From Camelus ferus (taxonomy: Eukaryota), in contig NC_045696.1 of NCBI RefSeq assembly GCF_009834535.1, forward strand, positions 75,208,001 through 75,272,000: a stretch of 64,000 nucleotides of DNA, in the 5' to 3' direction. Under the pieces are notes generated by a model that was given only the letters and a program-made list of their open reading frames with translations, was not told where the DNA came from and searched no databases. Made by a program: the position numbers and the translations under genes. Of the stretch, positions 14,901 to 25,932 are shown piece by piece. The stretch's first letter is position 1; each line of letters opens with the position of its first letter.

Positions 14901-15225
14901 CACACACACACACAGAAAAGATAAAAGAAAAGAAAAGGAAAAAATATTGTCAGAATTTGGTTGCACTGAAATTAGAAAATCCTTTTATTTGAACACACCA
15001 TTAAGATACTGAGAGAGTGAAAAGGCTATATTTTGGGAGAAGATATTTACAACACAATGGTCCAGAAAAGTTCACATCTAGATTTGAAGAATTCCTGCAA
15101 TGAATATTAAGAAGAAACAATCCAGTAGGAAACTCAACAAGGGACTTGAACAGACATTTTACAGAAAGGATATTCAAAATGCCAATAAATTAATGAAATG
15201 GTCTAGATAATATTAGTCATCAGAA
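13250..15225 (+). mobile_element. Ancient degraded L1 (ORF1 region and ORF2/3' fragments)
   Basis: A-rich sequence with ORF1 relics (tccattggagtcc, tagactgagagctgactt, ccagaagacaatggaat) and ORF2-end relics (gacttgaacagacattttacagaaa). Boundaries approximate. Confidence 0.7.
14860..14914. repeat. (CA)n microsatellite, one interruption
   Basis: Direct read. Confidence 0.95.
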
Positions 15226-16873
15226 CTTCAAGGTTCTGATTTCCTGCAGTGCAGGAAATGTTTAATTTCTTTGCTCTCATGGTAGTTATGTGGGGGATCT
15301 CTGTAATAAGAGTCTGAGCTGTACTTTTTCATTTCTTACATGTTTCACAGTTAAAAGTAAGGTAAATAAACCAAACAATGACCTAGTATTGTGCTGACAG
15401 CAGATAAGATACTGGTCCTAAATTTTTAACGGAGACTTTCTCTGAAAGGTTCACTCCCTGTGTATAGCCTAAATAATGCGTTCACAGGGCTGCAGTCATA
15501 AAATGTCATAACGGGGAAATGGATATTGGTCCCACTTTTTGATGCCTATTTAACTTTGGCTAATTTTTAATTCCTTGGAGACTTGAGAGTTTTATAGGCA
15601 TTACTTACTCAGTCATTACATGACTATTAGGTCAGTTTTTATTTAAAAATCTGACTTAAGGGATTGTGAAAAATATACACTTTGTGATTGTGAGAGAGCT
15701 AAGCTATATTTGCAGAACAGGGTTAGGACTGGTATTGTTTGTGGGCACCACAAAGGAAAGGCAATCAGAGCAGACTTTTGTGTCCTCAGAGATATTTACA
15801 AGAATTCTTTTAACTTACTGTAATCAAAATGCAAGGTGGGTTTCCTAGTTTGTGTCAGTATATCACAAAACAAATCCCATGTTCTAGTATCACACTTTAA
15901 AGCTACTGCATTTTTTTCAGTACATATAGTCTATGTCATTTGAGTGCTGATAATTGTAATGAAAAAAAATTTTTAAGAGAAAGATCCTTATGATGAGAGT
16001 CAATTGTTGTATTGGAGAATGGCCTGTTGTCTTGATATATGAGTACTCTGGCCATCTAAATTGTTACCATAAATTCAAAACTTAGTATATTTAACTTAAA
16101 ATTGATAATGGCAGATTGATTCTGCTGACACTTTACTGGTCATCCCATGCCTTATAAATGCAAATTTTATATGCAGCTTTAACATAATATGTGTTTGTTG
16201 AGCCTCCAACATGTGGACTTGAATATATCAGTGCTGGAAAATTCAGCGTCTATGAACATAATATATAAGGAGATATACACACAGGCACATATATTGTGAC
16301 CATGGGTTGAAGATCTTGCCTGTGCTCTGCTCAACACTTTACGTACCCTGCCCTTATCCCCAGAATGACCTTACAAGATGGTCATTGTTATTGCCTTTTT
16401 AGAGAAAAGGATACTGAGGCTCAGAGAGGTTAAGTTACATTCCAAGACCACAAAACTAAGTGACAATGGCCATGGAAAATCAAAATAGAGTTTTACCGTA
16501 TGGCTCCCAGGTATATAACAAACATCTGGTTTTTGGCTTGTCCAACTCTGTCTAAGCTGCACATTTGCTTTAAAAGACTCAATCTATTTGTGTCTCAATA
16601 AGGATATGATGTCTATCCTTCTAAATGGAAGTAAAGGCTAAATCTGCACTGCCACAAAATCGGGGAATGATTTGACCACCAGTTGCACAGAAAATAAATG
16701 TTTCCTAAGCAAGATTCAAATACTGTAGTGAGTTCTACACTGGATGAGGCAGGGCTTGCTTCCTAATGGCATTTTCCTTTGAAATAGTGGCTCAGGGAAC
16801 GTCAGAGAGAAAGAGATGAGCTGGAGTGGAGCTGTTTGGGGTGAATGAGATGCAGTGTGTGCCAAGCTCCTAC

Positions 16874-17069
16874 CTTCTGATTGATTTTCATTGTCTCTTC
16901 TGTGTGGTAGAGAAGGAGCTTTTCGCCGGAAGAAGTCAGGTTAACGTACACCTGGAGGCAGGGGTACTGAGAGAGTTTCCAGCAGTCTGGACCACAGCTG
17001 AAGGAGCAGTTAAATGTTTCTGTGATGGTTGCATTCAGCAAGGTGCATTGAGCCTCTTCGGTCCACACG
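16874..17069 (-). CDS. KCNMB2: KCNMB2 third coding exon (SVWTEEAQCTLLNAT...ETMKINQK, extracellular loop)
   Basis: Lies within ORF 16802..17185(-). ctgtag|CGTGTGG acceptor and CAGAAG|GTAGG donor. 196 nt. Loop cysteines and three N-glycosylation sequons (NAT, NCS, NLT). Confidence 0.97.
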
Positions 17070-18791
17070 CTACAGAGAGAGGGCGAGAGTAAGCACAGGC
17101 CCAAATGCCAATGGCAAAGAAGGTGTAATGGGAGGGGATAATTTGTCAGGAACTTGACCTGAAAAATCTTCCAAATCTGTAACACAACCTACTTGTTAAC
17201 ATGTATGCCTTTGAATAGAGCAGCCTTAGGCTAACTACGATATAAACATAGATAAACTTTGCCTGGCATCTGAGAACTTTTCCAGTGACTTCCTTCGGAT
17301 TTAGTATCATCTTCTCCAATGCTTGCTTTAAGTTATATATTTTTTCCTCATCAGATTCACTGGTAAGCATAAGGCATCTTTTTGAATCACAACCTGCACC
17401 CAACCCTGAATCTTTACATTGTAAGCAGCTTCCAGCCATGCCCTGGTCCTCACCTCATGATGTCTGCCCAGTTTGTAGGCAGAGAGGTATAAGGGAGAAG
17501 GGGAGGAGAGAGGGCGAAAGAGTGGAGGAGCTTGAGGTCCAATGTGACAGATGGAAGGACAGTGATAGATTTCTTTAAGGGAGAAAAGTTAACTCCACCT
17601 TTTGGTTATACCAAGAGCAATCATTTGTTGCATCCCCCTTAACCCTAATGAGTGCTTTACATATACTATCTTCTTTTGTTTTCCCAACAACCCTGTAGAT
17701 TGGGTATTAATTCCTTCTAAAAGTGAGTGAATTGATGGTCAGAGAAACCAAATAACATGCAAGGACACTCAGCTAGTGTCTCTAATGCGCAGGCTCATTC
17801 CATGGTGCTGTGCTGCTGCCCACAAACACAGTGGACAAGAGGCCCTTCTGTGCAGATTAAGGGGCTCCTATCTGTGCCCTGGGACTCTCAATTAGAAAGA
17901 TTAAACAAACAAAAACCCTTCCAGCTGCCCATTGGTTAGCTTTTCATTCTGAAATATTTATAATTTTATGATAAAGGGTAATATTTGTGATTAGGAAGTA
18001 ACACACCCAGAATCAATGTTTTGCTTCTAGATATAAGGTGATTACTATAGTGGTCAGAAAACAGCATGTTTCTTTGAAAATTAATAACCCTTCTTTTTGC
18101 TGGACATGTGTTGACAGGGCCCCCTTTTCATGTCCAGTTTTATGTCAGGGCCAGGATACTAGCCCTGACTGCCTCTAAGGTGGCAAATTGTATTTTCCTG
18201 TAATGTGGGTGGTCAGATTTTGCTTACACGAGGAGGAAAAAAATCTTAGATGGTTCTCAGCAGATGTGAGTATCTGAAAGCAGTTTTGAAATCAGTGAAC
18301 TCTTGGGGCCTGAGGCATCAGCGCCTTCATTGAGAAGGAGCACAGCTGAAGGCATCAGAGAAACAGAGCAGAGCAGCCACAAATGGGAAAGATGCTGCCT
18401 TAATTTTAGTAAATTACTGTGTTTCAGCTGGATGTTGCTTCTAAAATGAAAGTATTAACTTAGGTGGGGAAATGAGTGCCACAAAATGGTTTGATTGTCT
18501 TTTGGATTTAAACCTCAATTTTTCATTTGAAAGAGCCTCGTTACTTTAAGCTGAAGCACTGTGAGACTTACCCTGTTAGTTATAGCAATGCTGGGTTTTC
18601 CTGTGCTCACAGTGTCCAATTTATGGACAACAGTTAGCTAGAGAGGTTGTGGAGATTTATCATGTGGCTTACGCAGGAGGGAACACACTTGCCATCTCAG
18701 TATTTAATTACTTCTTTATATTTTTGGTAAACCTAGTGCAAATAAGAAATGTTTAAAATCTGTTTTTTCTTTTTTAGAAGTTGGTGCATAG

Positions 18792-18966
18792 CAGTGTTTC
18801 TCAGCCTTGATAGCATATTAGAATCACCTGGGGGAACTTAAAAAGATACTGGTGACTGGGTCCCACCCCAGACCAATTAAATCTGACCCTCTGGAATGAT
18901 GGTGATGGGACCTGGGTATCAGTATTTTTAGTCTCTCAGGAAGTTAAAATGTGCGGTTGAGAACCA
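18792..18966. mobile_element. MER5A-like DNA transposon
   Basis: cagtgtttctca...cattagaatcacctgggg-like core...ggttgagaacca. Confidence 0.75.
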
Positions 18967-19039
18967 TTAATGTGTGGGGTGATGGAAGAGTGAGGTGGGA
19001 TGGAAAAGCAGTGAGGGTGGAGAATGGACAGAGATGTGA

Positions 19040-19250
19040 AGAGGCAAGAATAGAGATTCTGGAATTAGCAGGTTGTAAGTCTGAATCTTGGCTCTGCCAA
19101 TACTAAAGCTGTGTGACTTTGGGCAAATTACATCTATTTTAAGCCTCAGTTTTGCCATTTTCATGAGTATATGCCTACTTGCCTTATAGAATAGTTATGA
19201 GAATTAAACAAATAACATAATGCCAAGTCCCTGGCACGTAGTAGGTAGTT
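19040..19250 (+). mobile_element. MIR SINE
   Basis: gaatcttggctctgcca...gctgtgtgactttgggcaaatta...agcctcagtttt...cctggcacgtagtagg. Confidence 0.8.
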
Positions 19251-20259
19251 TATACCTACAGCTGTTTTTTAAAAATCATTGTTATTAAATAACATTATTG
19301 ATAAATGTTATGTGCTAGGCACTGTTCAAAGTTCTTTTCAAGAAAGTAGGTAAAGAAGAGGACTTCAGGCTGGTCAAGATGGCAGAGTGGTAGGACCACG
19401 AGCTTGCCTCTCCTTGTGACTACAGTGTAACCACAACTGAATGCCAAACAACCATCGAGAAAAGATTGGAACCTAGCAAAAATATAAAGAGCGAACCACA
19501 GCAGGATGGTAGGAGGAGCGTGCTTGTGATATAATTGGGCCCCCTACCCCCCAGGTGGGCAACCCACAAGCTGAAGATTTGTTAAGTCGCAGAGGCCCTC
19601 CCGCAGGAGTGAGAGCTCTAAGCCCCATGTCAGGCTGCCCAGCTCGGGTCTCAGCATTGGGAAGAGAAGGAGACCCCAGGACACCTGGTTTTGAAGGCCA
19701 GTGGGGCTTGGCTCTGGGAGCCTCGTGGGACTGGGGGAAACTGAGAGGCGTACATGGAAACTCACATGCACCAGGTCCAAGGGCAGAGGCAATGATTTCA
19801 TAGGAACCTGGGCCAGACCTGCCTACTGGATTTGGAGGGTCTCCTGGGGATGTAGGGGATGGCTGTGGGTCACTCAGGGGGCATAAAGCTGGTGGCAGAC
19901 ATTCCAGGAGTGTTAATCTACATGACTTTCCTGGAGGCTGATATCTTGATTGGATCATTAGCACCAAGACCTAGCTCCACCCAACAGCCTGTAGGGAAGC
20001 CTCAGGCCAAACAACAGACAGGGTGGGAACACAGCCACACCCATCATCAGACTTCCTAAGCCACAAAGGCCTCTAGACACAGCCCTGCCCACCAGAGGTC
20101 CAGGACAAAGCTTCACCCAGCAGTGGGCAGGCACCTGCTCCTCCTGTCAGGAAACCTGCATAAGCCTCTAGTCCAGCCTCATCCACCAGAGGCAGATACT
20201 AGGAATAAGAAAACAATAATCCCAAAGCCTGTGGAAGGAATCCACAAACACATAAAAAG

Positions 20260-21153
20260 ATGAGGTGGCAAAGGAATACCTCCCAGGCCAAGGCAAAAGA
20301 TAAAATCCCAGAAGAAGAAATAAGTGATGAGGTGATAGCTAATTTATCTGAGAAAGAGTTTAAGGTAATGATAGTGAAGATGTTCAGAGAAGTCAAGAGG
20401 AGTATAGATGCACAAAGTGAAGTTTTTAGCAAAGAGCTGGAAAATATCAAGAATACCCAAACAGAGTTGAAGAATAAAATCACTGAAATGAACAATACAC
20501 AAGAAGGAACCAAGAATAGACTAAATGAGGCAGAAGAACGGATCGGTGAGCTAGAAGACAGATTAGTGGAAATCACTACTTCAGAACAGAAAAAAGAAAA
20601 AAGAATAAACAGGAATGAGGATAGTTTAAGAGAACTCTCGGACAACATGAACCACTCTAATATTCGCAATGTAAGGGGTCCCAGAAAGAGAAGAGAAAGA
20701 GAAAGGACCTGAGAAAAATTTTGGAGAGATAATAACAGAAAAATTCCCCAACTTGGGAAAGGAAACAGTCACCCAGGTCCTGGAAGTGCAGAGAGTACCA
20801 CACAGAATCAACCCAAAGAGGAACACACCAAGGCACATACTCATCAAATTTACAACAATTAAGGACAAGAAGAAAATATTACAATTAGCAAGAGAAAAGC
20901 AACGAATAACATACAAGGGAACTCCCATAAGGTTATCAGCTGATTTTTCAACAGAAACTCTACAGGCCAGAAGGGAGTGGCGTGATATATTTAAAGTGAT
21001 GCAAGGGGGAAACTTAACCAAGAATACTCTATCCAGCAAGGCTCTCATTCATACTTGATGGAGAAATCAAAAGCTTCACAGATAAACAAAAGCTGAAAGA
21101 TTTCAGCACCACCAAACCAGCCTTACAACAAATGTTAAAGGACTTTCTCTAGT
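20260..21153 (+). pseudogene. Frameshifted L1 ORF1p
   Basis: ORFs 20260..20712 (coiled coil, ...RLNEAEERIGELEDR...) and 20753..21058 (RINPKRNTPRHILIK, ITYKGTPIRLSADFSTETLQARREW) carry L1 ORF1p motifs. Confidence 0.93.
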
Positions 21154-21212
21154 CATCAAACCATAAGAAAAGAGAACACAAAGAAGAAAGAGAAAAAAAG
21201 AGACCTACAAAA

Positions 21213-21745
21213 GATTGCTTTGGCTGTCTGAGGCCTTCTGTGGTTGCTTATAAATTTTGGAATTGTTTGTTCTAGTTCTGTGAGGAATGTCGTGAGTATT
21301 TTGACAGGGGTTGCATTGGATCTGTGGATTGCTTTGGGTAGCGTGGCCATTTTGATAGTGTTGATTCTCCCAATCCAAGAGCACAAGAAATCTTTCCATT
21401 TCTTTGTGTCATTTCAGTTTTCAGAGTATAGGTAACCTCCTTGGTTAAGTTTATTTCTAGATATTTTGTTGTATTTTGATGTTTTTGATGCCAGTTATAA
21501 AATTCTGGTTTTTGAAGTGGAAAAAAAAAGTGAATGAAGGGCAGCAAATGGCAAAGTCATCTTTTTTATAGGTGAGTTGTACTCCATTATATGTGTGTAT
21601 GAGTGTGTGTGTGTGTGTGTGTATAAATATACTGCATCTTCATTATCTATTCAACTATTGATGTGCACTTAAGATGTTTCCATATCTTGGCAATTATAAA
21701 TAATGTTGCTGTTAATAGCAGGGTGTATGTATCTTTTTGAGTTAA
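21213..21745 (-). mobile_element. Inverted L1 ORF2 fragments within the chimeric insertion
   Basis: ORF 21156..21386(-) [21 protein letters not shown] is L1 ORF2. 21541-21745 resembles the ORF2 C-terminal region on the minus strand. Confidence 0.85.
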
Positions 21746-21864
21746 TCCTTATTGTGTGGTTGGCTTTATTCCTTTGATAACTATGTAAGTTTAAGAAGCT
21801 AAAGCTCTAAACATTCTTAGAAACAATGAACAGTACATATATGTAAATTTAAAAACATATGTGC

Positions 21865-22394
21865 AGTAAAAAAAAGATCTATCAAGCCATGAAAGACATT
21901 GAAGAAACTTAAAAGACGGATTACTAAATGAAAGAAGCCAGTCTGAAAAGGCTACAAACTGTACGACTCCAACCAAATGACATTCTGGAAAAGGCACAGC
22001 TACAGAAACAGTAAAAAGGTCATGGTTTCCAGGGGTTTGGGGAGAGGGAGGGAGGGAGGAATGAATAGATGGAGCACAAGGGACTTTTAGGGCAATGAAA
22101 TTATTCTGTATGATACTATAGTGGTGCCTACATGTCATTATGCAGTTCTCAAAGCCCATAGAATGTTCAACATCAAGAGTGAACCCTAATGTAAACTATG
22201 GACTTTGGTTGATAATAATGTATCCATGTTGATTCATCGATTGTACCAAATATGCCACACTGATGAGGGATATTCAGGGTAGGGGAGAAAAATGTGTGGA
22301 TGGGGAGGGCTATGTGTGAACTTTATATTTTCTGCCCAATTCTGTTGTGAACCTGAAACTGTTCTAAAAGAATAAAGTCTATTAAAAAAAAAAA
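21865..22394 (+). mobile_element. Old L1 3' end (L1MC1-like)
   Basis: ctatcaagccatgaaagaca...gaaagaagccagtctgaaaaggctac...gagtgaaccctaatgtaaactatggactttg...aataaagtctatt-polyA, recognised from memory of the consensus. Confidence 0.75.
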
Positions 22395-22485
22395 GAAGAA
22401 GAAGAGGACTTCAGGATAGGTAAGTTGTTGGGGAGGAGGGAAAAGGGAGACAAAAGACAGTGTCCCAACCACCCAGTGGCATTAC

Positions 22486-22656
22486 CTCTGCATGTATGAG
22501 CGCAGGAGTGTGATTCCCAGCAGGAAGTACATCATGATGGAGCACACCATCATGGCCAGTCCTAGGAGAATGGCCCGGTCCTCTCCTGCTTTCAGTGCTG
22601 TGACAGTTTTCCTTTTGTCCAGGAGGTCGTGGTCCCTGATTTTTTGGTAAATATTT
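22486..22656 (-). CDS. KCNMB2: KCNMB2 second coding exon (RNIYQKIRDHDLLDKRKTVTALKAGEDRAILLGLAMMVCSIMMYFLLGITLLRSYMQ, includes TM1)
   Basis: tcag|AAATATT acceptor and CAGAG|GTAATG donor. 171 nt, in frame with the flanking exons. Translation matches BK beta-2. Confidence 0.97.
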
Positions 22657-22818
22657 CTGAGATTGAAAATAATACAGTCTTATGTGATGTCCACAGTTAA
22701 TTATCATACCCCTAGAGAGTAAATATCTGCCCAGGCCTTCCTAGTACAGAGAGGCTGAGAGGGGCCCTCCAAACCCACCTGAGTGCAATTGGATCCCAGC
22801 ATGTGACCATTATCTCCC

Positions 22819-22819
<1 letters not shown>

Positions 22820-22854
<35 letters not shown>
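22820..22854. repeat. (CA)n microsatellite
   Basis: Direct read. Confidence 0.95.
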
Positions 22855-22855
<1 letters not shown>

Positions 22856-24199
22856 CATTAATTCAAATAAATGGCAACATATTTCAGGAATCTGTCAGCT
22901 TAATACCTTATTTCCCCTCAGTAGTAATAGAAGTTAGCCTGGTTAACATTTTCCTCAAGCTTACAGTTGCTTAGGGCTCTGTCGGCTTGAGATTTATGAG
23001 AAATGAGATGTCCAGTGGTGACCCAGCCTTCTTTTCTTGTATGGTTAACACTTCAGTGAGTTTAGAAAAATGTCTGTCAAATCAAGACCACACTCCATAA
23101 ATCTGGAAATTTTATTAGTTGTTTTTTTTGTTTTTGTTTTTGTTTTTTTGAGCAGCAATCTACGGTAAGAAAAAACAGATTGGCATTAAACTGTCTCCTA
23201 GGTCAAAACCTGATTTAATGGCGTACTAGCTGTATGATCTCTACAAATTCCTCAGTCTTTCTCATTCCCTTGTGAAATGGAAGTAATATGTGTAACTACA
23301 TTGTTGTGGTTAAATGAGATGACATAAGTAGATTATCCAGGAGAATGACTGACATGATGTATTTAATAAATGTTCCCATTAAAAAATGGTGTGGGGAGCT
23401 ACAGCTTCCTGACATGGACATTAGAACATCCAAAAATCGCTACTATTCTTCAAAGAATTTCTAAAGGACAGAATGGCAAGGAAGTGAATAATATGGAAAT
23501 CTTATGAGTGGAGGGTTGGATTTGAAACAAGATCTGGAGGAGAAGGTAGAAAAGAAGTGAGGAATTGCAGGAGTGCTGGCTGGTTAGAGAGGTACATGAG
23601 AAGCATGGGAAGGAAGGCAGTGCTCAGGGATCCTGGCAAGGCAGGCAACAACCAAGGAGCTGTGGGGATCTCCTTCAGTTTCTATTTTGAGAAGGGAGCT
23701 TTGGATTGCAAGGGTGTGGGAGTGGGGAGCTGTTGGCTTTTAGGGCCTGGGAACGGAGAGGAGGACAAATAGAATGCTGAAAATGGAGAAGGAAACTCTT
23801 AGGCCATTTTTATTTTAAGCTTCAGACAGAAAGCCAACTAAACAAAAGGCAAACTTCAGATTTTTCCTTTGAAATTTTCATCGCTAGTCATTCTTGTTGC
23901 TTGAAAAAGAAACCAGAGTAGAATCTAGTGTAGAACTTTGCAGGGGAGGAAAGTGATGCCTGTTACTTGTACAATTGTCTGTATATTCAGGGCTTCTATT
24001 CAGTTTCATGCTCCAGGATGCCCTTACGGGGTTTTTGGTGGATATACATTCTGGAGGACTGGTTCATTATGGGCTGGTTGTTAGATATTTTGATTCCCTC
24101 TGGAGGTGTGAGAATGTGTATGGACTTAATATATTTCTATAAGGTTTTAAGGTAGAGTATTTATTAATCCAGTTATTAGAGTGTAAAGTTAACCAATTA

Positions 24200-24226
24200 G
24201 ATGATGATGATGATGATGATGATGAT
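24200..24226. repeat. (GAT)n microsatellite
   Basis: Direct read. Confidence 0.95.
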
Positions 24227-25149
24227 TTAGTTCTCTTCATGAAATAGTTAATACAAATCTTACGTGAGGGGCCTCTGTAGTGTAAGAATCATAGCTAAAT
24301 AGAGGCTTTGTTCCTCATCTTTTCATGGCCATGTCTTTCCTGGCTGCCTCCCACCCTCACTCACTCTTGGCCACTCCCTCTCATGGCCAGAATCTCTAAG
24401 AGTCCATCTTTTTCATTACTCTCCAGCTCCCAAGCCCAATGCCCCTGGACCAGCTGGCCTGCCCTGCTTTTGACTTCTGTGGGCTGGCCACCACCCATGT
24501 CTAAGTTCCTATTCTTTTCTGAGATTTTCTTTGGAAATGTGGGATATATCAAAGCTCTTAAACTTGATCCTTTATGAACCTGAATGAAAAAAAATAAATC
24601 AGTGCCCATTCACAGCTAAAGCCAGGTTTTTGAAGCAAGAAGAGACAGGCTGAGTCTGAGTGGTTTCAAAGACTTGCTGTAAAATAGTAATCTGATGCTA
24701 CTTTGCTGTTATTATTTATCAAAATGTATTTAATTCCGGTGGCTAACATTGAGATTTGCATTTCCTGCAGGTGGAAGCCAGCAAGGAGGGAGCAATAGTC
24801 TCAATTCCAGAGTAGTAGGCTGTCACACCACATTACTTATGTCAGTCTATACCCATAAAAGAGACACAGTGTAATCAGTCAGTTATGTCACTAGAACAAG
24901 CAGCATATAAAAATGATTCAAGTGAGTAATTTAAAAACAAATCACAATTTGGAAATGGTTAACAAATGTTCTTCATGTGCTCTGGAATGTGTAGAGAAGA
25001 GGAAACATGATTGGTTTCCACACAGGCTAAAACACATCTGGGAAATCAGGATATTACTCAGCAAAATGAAAGTGAGTGAGTGAGGTGGGACATACTCATG
25101 TAATTCATCAATAGATGATAATTGGATTAATAGATAAAGAATGAATGAA

Positions 25150-25914
25150 TGATTTGGAGGAACAAAAAGTTCAGTAAAAGTCCACAAACTTACCTTGAGT
25201 GCTGGTAACCTCTACTTACTGAGGCTATGGTCCCTAGCCAAAAGGAAGACTGACATAAAAATGTATCAACATAGGGTAGTAAATTCAATGAAGGAGCCAT
25301 TTATAGAATCAGTAAAGTAAAGGAGTAGTTTTCCCAGCTTGAGGGAGCAGGACAGGGAGCAAAAAGGTTACAAAAGGCTTCCTGGAGGAGAAATGCCTTA
25401 AACAGAATCTTCAGGATGAATCAGATCTAAACAAACGAGACAGGGAATCAAGGGTATTTCGGACAGAAGGAATCACATAAACAAAAGGGTGGAGATTTGC
25501 AACTGTGTGGTGACTAACAGAAACTACACAAATTTCACTATTCCTGGGATGAGTGTGGGACAGAGGAAGTGGGGCAGATGAGTTTGGGAAGGTAGTAGGT
25601 CATAAAGGGTTTTGTAAGTAATTTAAAGATCTTTATCCTATAGTTAATGGGAAGCTGGCAGAGAGTGACATGGTCAGAACTGAGTTTCAGATTGATCACT
25701 CTGCCTGCAGGGTGGAGATCAGATTACAGATGGAACCAGATTTAAATTAGGAAGAATTATGGGATTATTAGTGTAGTGTTGGCAAAGGATGATGAGGGCT
25801 GGATCAGACTGAGGTAGAATAGATGGAAAGAAAAAGATGTATGTAGAAATATCTAGTGGATACAACTTCTGGATTTGCTGATTGAGAGAATATAGTGGAT
25901 GGTGAGGATGTGAG
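25150..25914 (-). mobile_element. L2 fragment, interrupted by the young L1 and resuming after 27960
   Basis: ttcctggaggag, ctttatcctatagttaatgggaagc, agagtgacatggtcaga, gatcactctgcctgcag motifs typical of L2. Confidence 0.65.
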
Positions 25915-25932
25915 AAAAAGGATGTAGTTTAG

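Larger units (their letters stand above)
19370..22398 (+). mobile_element. Chimeric LINE-1 insertion: 5'UTR+ORF1, inverted ORF2 pieces, unique segment, L1MC-like 3' end, A/GAA tail; 17-bp TSD
   Basis: AAGAAGAGGACTTCAGG at 19353-19369 and 22399-22415. Starts with the L1 5' motif CAAGATGGC. AATAAA at 22371 followed by an A tail. Confidence 0.85.

Noticed and set aside
19473..20059. Cluster of Pro/Gly-rich ORFs
   Set aside because: They lie in the GC-rich L1 5' UTR.
21102..21120. TTCAGCACCACC, resembling a REST/RE1 half site
   Set aside because: The right half (GGACAG) is missing and it is ordinary L1 ORF1 sequence.
22411..22707. 98-aa minus-strand ORF over the TM1 exon
   Set aside because: Alternative frame of the real exon running into introns; the KCNMB2 frame is a different one.
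25188..25196. Consensus donor AAG|GTAAGT on the KCNMB2 strand
   Set aside because: At an L2 edge with no supportable partner acceptor or reading frame; such motifs occur by chance.
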